From positions 1-38,660 of the forward strand of contig QNCL01000003.1 of the NCBI GenBank assembly GCA_003645805.1: 38,660 nucleotides of DNA. The letters run 5' to 3'. How positions within the stretch are numbered: the stretch's first letter is position 1; the number at the start of each line of letters is the position of its first letter. The notes under the pieces are model-generated. The model worked only from the letters and a program-made list of their open reading frames with translations, did not search any database and had not been told where the DNA came from. Source of the DNA: Candidatus Omnitrophota bacterium. GTDB lineage: Bacteria > Omnitrophota > 4484-213. Shown piece by piece: positions 26,370 to 36,788 of this stretch. Both the position numbers and the translations under genes were made by a program.

Positions 26370-27141
26370 CCAAGAGATGGAGAGGCAAGAGTTAGAGAGG
26401 TTTCTAAATCTATATGAGCCAAGGTTGATAGAGATTAAAGATGCAGACAGGGTTATCTTTGTTGGCGATACGCACGGAGATGTGGAGGTGAGCAAGCAGA
26501 TAGTGCGCACTTATCTGAAGGAGAGAAATGTGCTGGTGTTTTTAGGAGATTATGTAGACCGAGGGTCTTTTTCTCGCAGAAATCTTGATTTTCTCCTGAA
26601 GACAAAGATAAACAACCCTTCTTTAATCTACCTCTTGCAGGGAAACCATGAAGGTCACAGGGTTTTAAAACTCTTCCCTGCAGATTTCTGGCAGAGTTTG
26701 GATAGCGAACTATACAACTTCTATGCTTCGCTGGTAGAGAAACTTCCTTTGATGGTAGTGGCGCAGGATATCATTGCTCTTCACGGAGCCTTGCCCAATA
26801 TAAAGAGATTGGAGGAGGTGGAGGAGATAAAGTTAGGGGATGAGAGATGGAAGGAGATAGTATGGGGGGATTTTGTAGAGATGCCCGGAGAGAGGATATC
26901 CTCTGCTTCTCTCTCTGGCAGACCTTTATTTGGTAAAGATTGGTTTTTTCAGATAATGGAGAGATTGGGAAAGAGGGTGTTGATAAGGTCGCATCAGCCT
27001 CATTCTCCCCAGTCTATGTTCAATGACAGATGCTTGACCATCTTTACTTCTTCAGTGTATCTCAGAAGAAAGACAATTGCAATTGCCCACCTAAACAAGC
27101 CCATAATGAGTATCAAGGATCTTGAGGTTAAAGAACTTTAA
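26359..27141 (+). CDS. PPP-family Ser/Thr protein phosphatase (metallophosphoesterase)
   Basis: GDTHG, GDYVDRG, GNHE, HG and RSHQ motifs. Confidence 0.88.
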   Translation: MLNNQEMERQELERFLNLYEPRLIEIKDADRVIFVGDTHGDVEVSKQIVRTYLKERNVLVFLGDYVDRGSFSRRNLDFLLKTKINNPSLIYLLQGNHEGHRVLKLFPADFWQSLDSELYNFYASLVEKLPLMVVAQDIIALHGALPNIKRLEEVEEIKLGDERWKEIVWGDFVEMPGERISSASLSGRPLFGKDWFFQIMERLGKRVLIRSHQPHSPQSMFNDRCLTIFTSSVYLRRKTIAIAHLNKPIMSIKDLEVKEL

Positions 27142-27198
27142 GAAAAAGGGATTTATCTCTGCCCCGAGAATTTGTCCTGAAGAAAAAAGGTTAGAGGG

Positions 27199-28386
27199 AT
27201 GCAGTTTTTACTTGCCGAAGGAGGGAGGATCAGAAAGGAGACAGAGGAGGAGGTTGTTTTGCGAGGAGTGAATTTAGGTGGTTGGCTGATGATGGAGGGG
27301 TATATCTTAGGAGGAAGGAATATCCCGGAGAAGGAGTTTAAAAGAGACTTTGCCAGGAGGTTAGGAAGGGAGGAGTTAAGGAGATTTGAGAGAGATTTTT
27401 ACAGTAATTTTATTCGCAAGGAAGATATCAGAAGGTTGAAGAGTATGGGAGTAAATTGTTTGCGTCTCCCTTTCAACTTTCGCTTGCTTAAGAAATATGG
27501 TTTTTATTATCTGGATAGGTTGATTGCCTGGTGCAAGGAATTTAGACTCTATCTCATCCTGGATTTGCATTCTGCTCCTGGAGGCCAGAATGCAGATTGG
27601 CATTCAGATACTCAAGGAGAATCTTTGCTCTGGAGAAGGGAGGAGTATCAAAAGCAAACTCTTTCTCTTTGGCATTCCCTTGCTAAACATTACTCTAATG
27701 AACCCATAATTGCAGGCTATGATCTGCTCAACGAGCCCGTAGCGAGAGATATTTACTCTCTTCGGCAACTGAAAAGACTTTATCAAAGGTTGATAGAGAC
27801 AATCCGAGAGGTAGACAAAAGACACATTATCTTCTTAGAAGGAAATCTTTGGGCTCAGGAAATAGACTTTTTGCAGGAGTTGGAGAAGAGCAATATTGTC
27901 TGGAGTATTCATTTCTACCAACCCTTAGATTTCACTTTTAATTTCAGACCTCACCTGCTCTATCCAGGAGAGATAGATGGAGAGTATTGGGATAAGAAAA
28001 GAATCAGAGATTATCTAACCCTCTATTACAGAAAAGCGAAGGAGTGCAAGGTGCCTATCTATGTGGGAGAGTTTGGAGTAAACTATCGCTGGGGATGCAG
28101 AGGAGAACTGAGGTATTTGAAGGAGAGTATAGAGGTCTTTGAAGAATTTGGTTTTCACTGGACTTACTGGACATATAAAGCAGTCGCTAACAAGGTTTAT
28201 CCGGATGGGCTTTATCAATATACAGAAAACCCAGAATGGGTAAGACGCGAGGGAGTAGACCAGGGATGGGAGAGTTTTGCTTCTTTATGGAAAAGAAACA
28301 GAAAAAAGATAATCTCTTCCTGGCGCACAGAGAGTTTTAGAGAGGAGGAGCAGTTGATAGAAATTCTCCAAAGATTTCTCCGCTGA
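27199..28386 (+). CDS. Glycoside hydrolase family 5, no signal peptide apparent
   Basis: RGVNLGGWL, RLPF, DLHSAPGGQ, catalytic NEP and VGEFG, HFY. Confidence 0.92.
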   Translation: MQFLLAEGGRIRKETEEEVVLRGVNLGGWLMMEGYILGGRNIPEKEFKRDFARRLGREELRRFERDFYSNFIRKEDIRRLKSMGVNCLRLPFNFRLLKKYGFYYLDRLIAWCKEFRLYLILDLHSAPGGQNADWHSDTQGESLLWRREEYQKQTLSLWHSLAKHYSNEPIIAGYDLLNEPVARDIYSLRQLKRLYQRLIETIREVDKRHIIFLEGNLWAQEIDFLQELEKSNIVWSIHFYQPLDFTFNFRPHLLYPGEIDGEYWDKKRIRDYLTLYYRKAKECKVPIYVGEFGVNYRWGCRGELRYLKESIEVFEEFGFHWTYWTYKAVANKVYPDGLYQYTENPEWVRREGVDQGWESFASLWKRNRKKIISSWRTESFREEEQLIEILQRFLR

Positions 28387-28471
28387 TGTTTTGCCCGCGG
28401 GAGACTGGGAAGAGGAAAGAAACATCTTTGAAGGAAGTAAGAATTCTTTTCAGGTTTTGGCAGGAGAGAAA

Positions 28472-29203
28472 ATGAACTCTTCCTCTAATAGTGTATCCAA
28501 TAGACTCATTGTGAGTTTGGATGTAGATAATCTGAAGAAAGCACAGAGGTTGGTAGAAGAAGTTTCTCCTTGGGTGCGCGTATTTAAGGTAGGTTATAGA
28601 TTATTTACCCGGGCAGGAAGGGAGATTGTTGAGTTTATTCAACACAAAGGAGCAGAGGTATTTTTAGATTTAAAGTTTTATGATATTCCTCATACAGTAA
28701 GAGAGTGTGCCCGTTCTTTGGTGCATCTTAAAGTATCTATGTTTGATGTGCATACTATGGGAGGCTTTCGGATGATGCAAGAAACAGTAGAAGTCTGCGT
28801 AAAGGAGGCAAGAAGGTTGAAGGTTAGAAAACCGCTCATTTTAGGGGTAACCTTACTCACCAGTTTTGATTCAAGGATGTTGAAAGAGATAGGGATAGAG
28901 AAGGGTATAGAGGAGTATACGCTTTATTTAGCAAGATTGGCGAAAAAAGCAGGCTTGGATGGAGTAATCGCCTCGGCTCGGGAGATAGAGATTTTACGCA
29001 ATGAATTGGGAAAGGAGTTTCTGATAATTACTCCAGGAATACGGCTTTTAGATAAAATAAAAGAAGATGATCAAAAACGAACATCAAACCCGAGAGAAGC
29101 AATAAAAAAAGGAGCAGACTATATTGTGATAGGCAGACCCATCATCAATAGCAGTTCGCCTCAGGAGATGGTAAGGAGGATAGTGGAGGAGATAGGAGAG
29201 TGA
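28472..29203 (+). CDS. pyrF: Orotidine-5'-phosphate decarboxylase
   Basis: FKVG, DLKFYDIPHT, LTS, TPGIR, DDQKR and GRPI motifs; start moved to ATG 28472 behind AGGAG. Confidence 0.96.
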   Translation: MNSSSNSVSNRLIVSLDVDNLKKAQRLVEEVSPWVRVFKVGYRLFTRAGREIVEFIQHKGAEVFLDLKFYDIPHTVRECARSLVHLKVSMFDVHTMGGFRMMQETVEVCVKEARRLKVRKPLILGVTLLTSFDSRMLKEIGIEKGIEEYTLYLARLAKKAGLDGVIASAREIEILRNELGKEFLIITPGIRLLDKIKEDDQKRTSNPREAIKKGADYIVIGRPIINSSSPQEMVRRIVEEIGE

Positions 29204-29781
29204 AGGAGAGAGAAGTTATAGAGATATTTGAAAGATGCGGTGCTCTCTTGAAAGGCCACTTTAAACTTTCTTCAGGTTTGCACAGTGCGCAATACCTTCA
29301 ATCTGCTTTAGTTCTTCAATATCCTTCCTATGCTTGTTTGTTAGGTAAAGAGATCGCCGGGAGATTTGCAGATAGGAAGATAGAGGTAGTAGTTGCTCCA
29401 GCCTTGGGAGGGATAATCATCGCTTATGAGACTGCTCGTTTTCTCAATGCTCGCGCCTTATTTGCAGAGCGAGAAGAGACAAAGATGGGTTTGCGAAGAG
29501 GTTTTGATATCAAGGAGGGAGAGAGAGTATTGATAGTGGAGGATGTGATTACTACCGGAGGGTCAGTAAAGGAGTTGGTGGATTTAATAGAGGAGAAAGG
29601 GGGAGAGGTGGAGGGAGTAGGAGCAATTGTGGATCGGAGTGGAGGAGAAGCGTTTAAGGAGAAAGAAAGTATCTATTTTCAGGCTCTGGTGTGTTTGAAG
29701 ATAGACTGTTTCCCTCCTTCATCTTGTCCTTTATGCAGGAAAGGTATTCCTTTGGTTAAACCAGGGAGCAGGAAGGAATAG
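29200..29781 (+). CDS. pyrE: Orotate phosphoribosyltransferase
   Basis: GHFKLSSGLHS, VEDVITTGGS and C-terminal CPLC..KPGSR motifs. Confidence 0.96.
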   Translation: MKEREVIEIFERCGALLKGHFKLSSGLHSAQYLQSALVLQYPSYACLLGKEIAGRFADRKIEVVVAPALGGIIIAYETARFLNARALFAEREETKMGLRRGFDIKEGERVLIVEDVITTGGSVKELVDLIEEKGGEVEGVGAIVDRSGGEAFKEKESIYFQALVCLKIDCFPPSSCPLCRKGIPLVKPGSRKE

Positions 29782-29800
29782 AGGATTAGACCTCTTTTTT
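29780..29800 (+). terminator. Possible weak intrinsic terminator after pyrE
   Basis: AGAGG-ATTAGA-CCTCT followed by a T-run. Confidence 0.4.
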
Positions 29801-29848
29801 GGAAGTTCTAAATAAGAGTTTTTTATAAACCAGGTGCAAGGAGGAGTG

Positions 29849-31522
29849 ATGCGTTCCGATCAAATGAAAAAGGGTATAGAGAGAGCGCCTCATCGCTGTT
29901 TATTTAAAGCAATGGGCTATACAGATGAGGAGTTGGCAAAGCCAATCATTGGGGTGGTGAATTCCGCCAGTGAACTTATCCCCGGGCATATCCATTTAGA
30001 CAGAATCGCACAAGCGGTAAAAGAGGGAGTGCGTATGGCTGGAGGCACTCCAATGGAGTTTCCCGCAATTGGTATCTGTGATGGAATAGCAATGAATCAT
30101 TTAGGAATGAAGTATTCTTTGCCTTCCCGTGAGTTGATTGCTGACTCCATCGAGATAATGGCAAAAGCCTACCCTTTTGATGGTTTGGTTCTCATTCCCA
30201 ATTGCGATAAGATTGTTCCGGCAATGCTAATGGCTGCTTTGCGTGTAAATATTCCCGCGATTCTGATCAGCGGTGGACCAATGCTTGCCGGGTATCTGAA
30301 GGGTCAGAGTATAGATCTAATCTCTGTATTTGAAGGGGTAGGGAAGACTGCGGTTAATAAACTTAGCCTGGAAGACCTAAAGATGCTGGAGGAGGAAGCC
30401 TGCCCCACCTGTGGTTGTTGCGCAGGGATGTTCACTGCTAATTCTATGAATTGTTTAACAGAAGCTCTAGGGATGGCTCTGCCCGGTAACGGCACTATCT
30501 CTGCAGTTAGTGCAAAGAGGATAAGGTTGGCAAAAAAGAGTGGAATGCAGATAATGGAGTTGGTGAGGAAAGAGATAAAACCGCGGCAGATTGTCACTCC
30601 CGAGGCTTTTGAGAATGCATTAGCAGTAGAGATGGCTTTAGGAAGTTCTACTAACACCGTTTTGCATCTACCCGCTATTGCTCGCGAAGCAGGGATTGAG
30701 TTGAATCTGGAGATATTTGACAGAATAAGCAAAAGAACACCTAATCTTTGCCACCTTTCTCCTGCGGGTAGGTATCATCTGGAAGATTTAGAGCGTGCGG
30801 GTGGAATCTTAGCAGTGATGTCCGAGTTAGATAAGAAAGGGTTGATTCATAAGAATCTACTCACTGTGAGCGGAAAAAAGGTAGGAGAGAATATAAGAAA
30901 TAAGAGGATTTTGGATGAGGAGGTAATTCGTCCCTTAAACAGGGCTTATAGCAAGGAAGGAGGAATTGCCATCCTTAAAGGAAACCTGGCTCCTGAGGGA
31001 GCAGTGGTGAAGCAATCCGCAGTAGATAAGAAAATGCTTATCCATCAAGGGAAAGCAAGGGTGTTTGATAGTGAGAATGAGGCGATGCAGGCAATTATCA
31101 ATAAAGAGATCAAGAAAGGAGATGTGGTGGTTATTCGCTATGAGGGCCCTAAAGGAGGACCGGGAATGCAGGAGATGCTTTCCCCTACATCGGCTATTGT
31201 GGGAGTTGGTTTGGACAAGGATGTGGCTTTGCTCACTGATGGCAGATTCTCTGGAGGGACACGGGGAGCCGCTATTGGTCATATCTCTCCTGAAGCGGCT
31301 GAGGGTGGCCCAATTGCTATAGTAGAGGATGGAGATGTTATTGAGATTGATATTCCCGGGAGGCAACTAAATATAAGACTCTCTCAAGAGGAGATAGAAT
31401 CTCGCTTGGCGAGGTGGAAACCTCCCGCCCTCAAGATAAAAGATGGCTATCTCTTTCGCTATGCTCAACAGGTAAGTTCAGCAGCAGAAGGAGCAGTATT
31501 TAAGCAAAACTTTTCAAGGTGA
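29849..31522 (+). CDS. ilvD: Dihydroxy-acid dehydratase
   Basis: [35 protein letters not shown] and TDGRFSG motifs; start moved to ATG 29849. Confidence 0.97.
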   Translation: MRSDQMKKGIERAPHRCLFKAMGYTDEELAKPIIGVVNSASELIPGHIHLDRIAQAVKEGVRMAGGTPMEFPAIGICDGIAMNHLGMKYSLPSRELIADSIEIMAKAYPFDGLVLIPNCDKIVPAMLMAALRVNIPAILISGGPMLAGYLKGQSIDLISVFEGVGKTAVNKLSLEDLKMLEEEACPTCGCCAGMFTANSMNCLTEALGMALPGNGTISAVSAKRIRLAKKSGMQIMELVRKEIKPRQIVTPEAFENALAVEMALGSSTNTVLHLPAIAREAGIELNLEIFDRISKRTPNLCHLSPAGRYHLEDLERAGGILAVMSELDKKGLIHKNLLTVSGKKVGENIRNKRILDEEVIRPLNRAYSKEGGIAILKGNLAPEGAVVKQSAVDKKMLIHQGKARVFDSENEAMQAIINKEIKKGDVVVIRYEGPKGGPGMQEMLSPTSAIVGVGLDKDVALLTDGRFSGGTRGAAIGHISPEAAEGGPIAIVEDGDVIEIDIPGRQLNIRLSQEEIESRLARWKPPALKIKDGYLFRYAQQVSSAAEGAVFKQNFSR

Positions 31523-31590
31523 TTTGAAGGAGGTGTTTGAGAGAGATTTTCCTCCTGTATGCGTATCGTTTTTGCTTTTAGGGACTGGCA

Positions 31591-32547
31591 ATGAAAGAAC
31601 TTAAAGATATCCGTAAGATTCTCCTGATCACTCTCACCAATATTGGAGATGCTGTGCTTACTCTTCCTGTTGCTCTGGTGCTGAAGGAGAAGTTTCCTTC
31701 TGCATATCTTGATGTGCTTCTGGGCCCTAAGCCTTATGAGTTATTTAGAAACATTCCCTATTTTTCCAAAGTAATCCCCTATGATAAAAGAATGCCTTGC
31801 TTTAGAAAGATTAGGTTGATCTTGAAATTAAGAAGAGAGAGATATGACCTGGTAGTTGACCTCCGACATAGCCTTTTCCCTCTTTTTCTTAAACCCAGAT
31901 ATTCTACTCCTTTATTGTTCAAGGTTTCCAAAGAGATCAAGCATAAGCAAGATTTCCATCTTTATAAGTTAAAACTTGCAGGGGTGGACTTTGTGGGTTT
32001 CTCCTCAGATAATCCCTTTGGAATCAATTTCAATGAAGGAAGGAAGATAGACGATCTGCTCATAAGCAAGGGTATATATTCTGAGGATAAGTTGATTGTT
32101 CTGGCTCCCTCTGCCCGTGATAGAAGAAAAAGATGGGGAGCGCAAAACTTTGCCAGATTGTCTGATGCACTCTCACGGGAAGGTAAGGTGGTTTTGGTAG
32201 GGAGTAAGGAGGATAAAGAAGTTATTGAGGAGGTGCTTTTTTTCAGCAAAAGCAAACCTTTGCGCTTAGATGGAGAGTTAGACTTAAGAGATTTGGTGGT
32301 GCTTTTGAAGCGAGCAGACCTTTTTATTGGCAATGACAGCGCCCCAATGCAGATAGCCTCTTTATTGGGTATCCCTACTATTGGAATCTTTGGTCCTACC
32401 GAGGTAGAGAAATACAAACCTTTAGGAGACAGGAGTAGGGCAATAAGAAAAGGTAGATCTGTAGACTTAGTGCTTCCTGAGGAGGTGCTGAAGTTAGCAA
32501 AGGAGTTGATAAGAGATGAACAGGAGAAGATTGATAGAACTAATTAG
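31591..32547 (+). CDS. Glycosyltransferase family 9 (LPS heptosyltransferase-like)
   Basis: ILLITLTNIGDAVL, KRW, GNDSAPMQIA and FGPT motifs; adjacent to hldA and kdsB. Confidence 0.9.
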   Translation: MKELKDIRKILLITLTNIGDAVLTLPVALVLKEKFPSAYLDVLLGPKPYELFRNIPYFSKVIPYDKRMPCFRKIRLILKLRRERYDLVVDLRHSLFPLFLKPRYSTPLLFKVSKEIKHKQDFHLYKLKLAGVDFVGFSSDNPFGINFNEGRKIDDLLISKGIYSEDKLIVLAPSARDRRKRWGAQNFARLSDALSREGKVVLVGSKEDKEVIEEVLFFSKSKPLRLDGELDLRDLVVLLKRADLFIGNDSAPMQIASLLGIPTIGIFGPTEVEKYKPLGDRSRAIRKGRSVDLVLPEEVLKLAKELIRDEQEKIDRTN

Positions 32548-33502
32548 AAGGTTTAAGCAAGCAAGAATCTTGGTAATCGGTGATTTTATCCTTGACCAAT
32601 TTATCTGGGGAGATGTCTCGCGTATTTCACCTGAGGCACCTATTCCTGTAGTGTTTGTACACAAAAAGACATTTATGTTGGGTGGAGCCCTTAATGTGGT
32701 AAGTAATATTTACTCCTTGGGAGGAAAAGTCTATGCCTGTGGAGTAGTGGGAAAGGATGCAGGAGCAAGGATATTGCTTAACGAGTTGAGAAAGAAAGGG
32801 ATTGAGACAGAGGGAGTGATTATAGACAAAAATAGACCCACTACTCTTAAAACTCGAATAATCGCCAGACACCAGCAGGTAGTGAGGGTAGATGAGGAGA
32901 AAATTGCTCCTCTTTCCTCAGATGACTTTTCTCAATTTTTAGACTACCTTAAAAGGAAGATAACAGAAGTAGACCTCATCTTGATAGAGGATTATGGCAA
33001 AGGAGTAATTACTGCCGAACTTCTGGAGGAGATTGGAAGGTTAAATAAGGTTTATAATAGGATGATTACTGTCGATCCTAAAGAGGAACACTTTTCTTAT
33101 TATAAAGGGGTAAACGCAATTACTCCTAACTACCAGGAAGCCTTAAAAGCCGTGCAGAGTTTATGCCCGGGAAAGACAAGAATAGAGAAGGTGGAGGATA
33201 TAGGAAAGAAATTACTACAGAAACTTAGATGCAAAGCAGTGCTGATTACTTTGGGAGAGAAAGGGATGTGCTTATTTGAGAAGAGCAAAGTTATCCATAT
33301 TCCTACCATTGCCCAGGAGGTGTTTGATGTTTCTGGAGCAGGAGATACAGTAATAGCCACTTTCTCTTTGGCTCTATGTGCAGGAGCAACAATGAAGGAA
33401 GCCGCATATCTCTCTAATTATGCTGCTGGAATTGTAGTAGGGAAGGTGGGGATTTCAGCAGTGAGTTCTGAGGAACTAAGAAGGAAGATAGAGGAATTAT
33501 GA
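32516..33502 (+). CDS. hldA: D-glycero-beta-D-manno-heptose-7-phosphate kinase (RfaE domain I)
   Basis: GDFILD, RISPEAPIPV, KTRI, DYGKG and DVSGAGDT motifs. Confidence 0.94.
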   Translation: MNRRRLIELIRRFKQARILVIGDFILDQFIWGDVSRISPEAPIPVVFVHKKTFMLGGALNVVSNIYSLGGKVYACGVVGKDAGARILLNELRKKGIETEGVIIDKNRPTTLKTRIIARHQQVVRVDEEKIAPLSSDDFSQFLDYLKRKITEVDLILIEDYGKGVITAELLEEIGRLNKVYNRMITVDPKEEHFSYYKGVNAITPNYQEALKAVQSLCPGKTRIEKVEDIGKKLLQKLRCKAVLITLGEKGMCLFEKSKVIHIPTIAQEVFDVSGAGDTVIATFSLALCAGATMKEAAYLSNYAAGIVVGKVGISAVSSEELRRKIEEL

Positions 33503-34251
33503 AGGCTATCGGTATAATTCCTGCTCGTTTATCTTCAACAAGGCTTCCAGAAAAGCCATTAGTAGATATTTTAGGTAAGCCTCTAATTCAATGGACTTAT
33601 GAGCAGGCAAAGAAAGCAGACTCTTTAGAGGATGTGGTAGTGGCTACTGATGAGCAAAGGATACTGGAGGTAGTAGAGGGATTTGGAGGAAAAGCCGTGC
33701 TTACCTCAAGAAAGCCTATAAGTGGAACCGAGAGGGTAGCAGAAGCCACTTTTTCTTTGGAATTAGAAGCAGAGATAATCGTAAATATCCAGGTAGATGA
33801 ACCTTTACTTGACCCTTTCTCTATTGACAAGTTAATCAGAGTGTTTTATAATTATAATAATAAGATTGAGGTAGCCACCCTTATTTATCCTATCCAGAGG
33901 AAGGAGGAATTAGAGGACCCGAATATAGTAAAGGTAGTAGTTGATAAAGATAACTTTGCCCTTTACTTCTCACGCTCCTCGATTCCCTATTCTTTTTCCA
34001 GACAGGAGGTTGTTTCTTATTCTTATAAGCATATCGGAGTTTATGCCTACAGGCGAGATTTTTTGTCCCTATTTGTTCACCTTCCTTCTTTTGAATTAGA
34101 AAAAAAAGAGAGATTGGAACAGTTGCGTGTGCTGGAGAATGGTTATCGGATAAAGACAGTGTTTTCCCAGAATGACTCAATAAGTGTAGATACGCAAGAG
34201 GATTTGAACAGGGTAAGGGATTTTTTGCTAAAAAAAGCAGATAAAAAATAG
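33499..34251 (+). CDS. kdsB: CMP-Kdo synthetase
   Basis: IPARLSSTRLPEKPL, SGTER, NIQxDEP, LYFSR, HIGVYAY and ExLEQLR motifs. Confidence 0.96.
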   Translation: MKAIGIIPARLSSTRLPEKPLVDILGKPLIQWTYEQAKKADSLEDVVVATDEQRILEVVEGFGGKAVLTSRKPISGTERVAEATFSLELEAEIIVNIQVDEPLLDPFSIDKLIRVFYNYNNKIEVATLIYPIQRKEELEDPNIVKVVVDKDNFALYFSRSSIPYSFSRQEVVSYSYKHIGVYAYRRDFLSLFVHLPSFELEKKERLEQLRVLENGYRIKTVFSQNDSISVDTQEDLNRVRDFLLKKADKK

Positions 34252-34334
34252 ATTTGCATTTACAGATTGAATAATTAAGCAGGAGGTTATGCTTAGCAAG
34301 TAAAGGCGAGCAAAATTAAGGAGGTGCATCAGAG

Positions 34335-36254
34335 ATGAGCAAGGTAATCGGAATTGACTTGGGAACTACAAATTCCTGTGTAGCAATCTTAGAAGGAGGT
34401 AAGCCGGTGGTGATTCCTAATGCTGAAGGTTCGCGCACTACTCCTTCTGTAGTTGCTTTTACCAAAACAGGAGAGATATTGGTTGGACAGGTAGCAAAGA
34501 GACAGGCAATTACCAACTCAGAGAATACCATCTTCTCTATCAAGAGATTTATGGGACGAAGGCATAATGAGGTGGAGGAAGAAGAGAAACTTGTACCTTA
34601 TAAGGTGATAGCAGATAGCAAAGGTAATGTAAAGGTAAAGGTGCGAGAGAAGGAGTATACTCCTCCTCAAATTTCCGCTTTTATCCTGCAGAAGATGAAG
34701 GAAACCGCAGAGAACTATTTAGGAGAGAAGGTAAAACGAGCGGTGATTACTGTTCCTGCTTATTTTAATGATAGCCAGCGTCAAGCAACCAAGGATGCAG
34801 GAGAGATTGCCGGATTGGAGGTGTTAAGGATTATCAATGAGCCTACGGCTGCTTCTTTAGCCTACGGACTGGATAAGAAGAGAAACGAGAAGATAGCAGT
34901 CTTTGATTTAGGAGGAGGAACATTTGATATCTCTATCCTTGAGATTGGAGAGGGAGTTTTTGAGGTAAAAGCCACCAATGGAGATACGCACTTAGGAGGA
35001 GATAATTTTGACCAACGGATTATCGATTGGTTAGCCGAGGAGTTTAAGAAGCAAGAGGGAATAGACTTGAGAGAAGATAGGATGGCTTTGCAAAGGTTGA
35101 AAGAGGCAGCAGAAAAGGCAAAGTGTGAACTTTCCACTACTCTTCAGACCGAGATAAATCTTCCTTTTATCACTGCAGATAGCAGTGGACCCAAGCATTT
35201 AAGCGTTACTCTGACTCGAGCAAAACTGGAACAGTTGGTTGCCGACCTAATTGAGAGAACCGTAGAACCTTGCAAGCAGGCGTTAACTGATGCCGGGCTT
35301 TCTGCTGAGGATATTGATGAGGTTGTTTTGGTAGGAGGGCAGACAAGGATGCCCGCAGTGCAGGAATTGGTAAAGAGACTATTCCATAAAGAACCACACA
35401 AAGGAGTTAACCCTGACGAGGTGGTTGCCGTAGGAGCAGCAATTCAGGGAGGAGTGCTTGCAGGAGATGCGGGAGTAAAGGATGTACTCTTGCTTGATGT
35501 TACCCCTCTTTCCTTAGGAATAGAGACATTAGGAGGAGTATTTACTAAACTGATAGAGAGGAATACCACCATTCCCACCAGAAAGACTCAGATATTTTCT
35601 ACTGCTGCTGATAATCAAACTGCGGTGTCTATCCATGTTCTGCAGGGAGAAAGACCGATGGCTGCAGATAATCGCACCTTGGGCAGGTTTGATTTGGTAG
35701 GTATTCCTCCTGCTCCGCGTGGGGTTCCTCAGATTGAGGTATGTTTTGATATTGATGCTAATGGAATTCTCCATGTTTCCGCAAAGGACTTGGGGACAGG
35801 CAAAGAGCAGAAGATAAGAATAGAGTCCTCCAGCGGGTTATCCAAAGAGGAAATAGAAAGAATGAAGAAGGAGGCAGAGGCACACGCAAAGGAGGACGAG
35901 AAGAAGAAAGAACTCATTGAGGCAAGGAACCGGTTAGATAGTCTTATTTACTCTGCGGAGAAGTCTCTGAAGGAAGCAGGAGATAAACTCTCTCCACAGG
36001 AGAGGGAAAGAGTGGAGAAGGCTATCAAAAAAGGAAAGGAGGAGTTTAATAGTGATGACATCAACAGGATAAATAAAGCGATAGAGGAGATTACTCAAGC
36101 CTCGCATAAATTAGCCGAGGAGTTATATAAGAAAACTACTACTCAGCAGTCTACCCAGACAGGAAGTAAGCAAAGCGGAGGAGAAAAAAAGGATAATGTG
36201 GTAGATGCAGAGGTGGTAGATGAGGAGAAAGATAAAGGGGGTGATAAGAAATGA
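34335..36254 (+). CDS. dnaK: Chaperone DnaK
   Basis: [31 protein letters not shown] and [11 protein letters not shown] motifs. Confidence 0.99.
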   Translation: MSKVIGIDLGTTNSCVAILEGGKPVVIPNAEGSRTTPSVVAFTKTGEILVGQVAKRQAITNSENTIFSIKRFMGRRHNEVEEEEKLVPYKVIADSKGNVKVKVREKEYTPPQISAFILQKMKETAENYLGEKVKRAVITVPAYFNDSQRQATKDAGEIAGLEVLRIINEPTAASLAYGLDKKRNEKIAVFDLGGGTFDISILEIGEGVFEVKATNGDTHLGGDNFDQRIIDWLAEEFKKQEGIDLREDRMALQRLKEAAEKAKCELSTTLQTEINLPFITADSSGPKHLSVTLTRAKLEQLVADLIERTVEPCKQALTDAGLSAEDIDEVVLVGGQTRMPAVQELVKRLFHKEPHKGVNPDEVVAVGAAIQGGVLAGDAGVKDVLLLDVTPLSLGIETLGGVFTKLIERNTTIPTRKTQIFSTAADNQTAVSIHVLQGERPMAADNRTLGRFDLVGIPPAPRGVPQIEVCFDIDANGILHVSAKDLGTGKEQKIRIESSSGLSKEEIERMKKEAEAHAKEDEKKKELIEARNRLDSLIYSAEKSLKEAGDKLSPQERERVEKAIKKGKEEFNSDDINRINKAIEEITQASHKLAEELYKKTTTQQSTQTGSKQSGGEKKDNVVDAEVVDEEKDKGGDKK

Positions 36255-36775
36255 GAAGGCGGGAGGAGGTGCAGGAAGAGAGATTTTTAGATATTACTGC
36301 CAATATGGAAGGAAATCTTTCTTTTAATGATCCAGTAAACTTGCGAATTAGTGGAAGGTTTGAAGGGACTCTGGATACAAAAGGAAAATTGGTTATTGGA
36401 GAAAAAGCAGAGGTTAAGGCAGAGATTGAGGGAGAGGAGATTATTGTAGGAGGAAAGATAGAAGGAGATGTGAAGGCGAGTAAAAAGATAGAGATTCTTT
36501 CCACAGGGCAGATTAAAGGTGATGTGCAGACCCCTGTATTCTGCATTCGCGAGGGAGGAATCCTGCAAGGTAGGTGTCAAATGCTCTTTGATTTCTCTGA
36601 GAAGGAGATGATGGGACTGAGAGAGGTAGCAGAGTATCTGGAGTTGGATCCAAAGGTGGTAGAAAAATGGGCAGAGAGCAAGAGAATTCCAGGAGTGAAG
36701 AAGGGTAGTGAATGGGTGTTTGAGAAGGAAGAGATAGATAAGTGGGTAAGCAGGGAGAGAGCAGGGGAGATATAG
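36251..36775 (+). CDS. Bactofilin (polymer-forming cytoskeletal) domain fused to C-terminal excisionase/BldC-like HTH_17
   Basis: Beta-helix repeats [49 protein letters not shown]; then LREVAEYL..W..RIPGVKxGxxWVF..EIDKW. Confidence 0.88.
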   Translation: MRRREEVQEERFLDITANMEGNLSFNDPVNLRISGRFEGTLDTKGKLVIGEKAEVKAEIEGEEIIVGGKIEGDVKASKKIEILSTGQIKGDVQTPVFCIREGGILQGRCQMLFDFSEKEMMGLREVAEYLELDPKVVEKWAESKRIPGVKKGSEWVFEKEEIDKWVSRERAGEI

Positions 36776-36788
36776 AGATAGAAGCAAG

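Noticed and set aside
27142-27156. GAAAAAGGGATTTAT resembling GAAAAAGGATTTAT after recR (7223)
   Set aside because: Short, low-complexity match, plausible by chance
28385-28430. Possible PyrR-binding loop before pyrF (..GCGGGAGACTGGG..)
   Set aside because: Only the 3' half resembles ARUCCNGNGAGGYU; the 5' AGUC and a clear terminator/antiterminator are missing
31528-31556. AGGAGG...CCTCCT hairpin between ilvD and GT9
   Set aside because: 6-bp stem with a long loop, no U-tract and no properly spaced ORF
34293-34319. CIRCE element before dnaK
   Set aside because: Only TTAGCA matches; no GAGTGCTAA half-site
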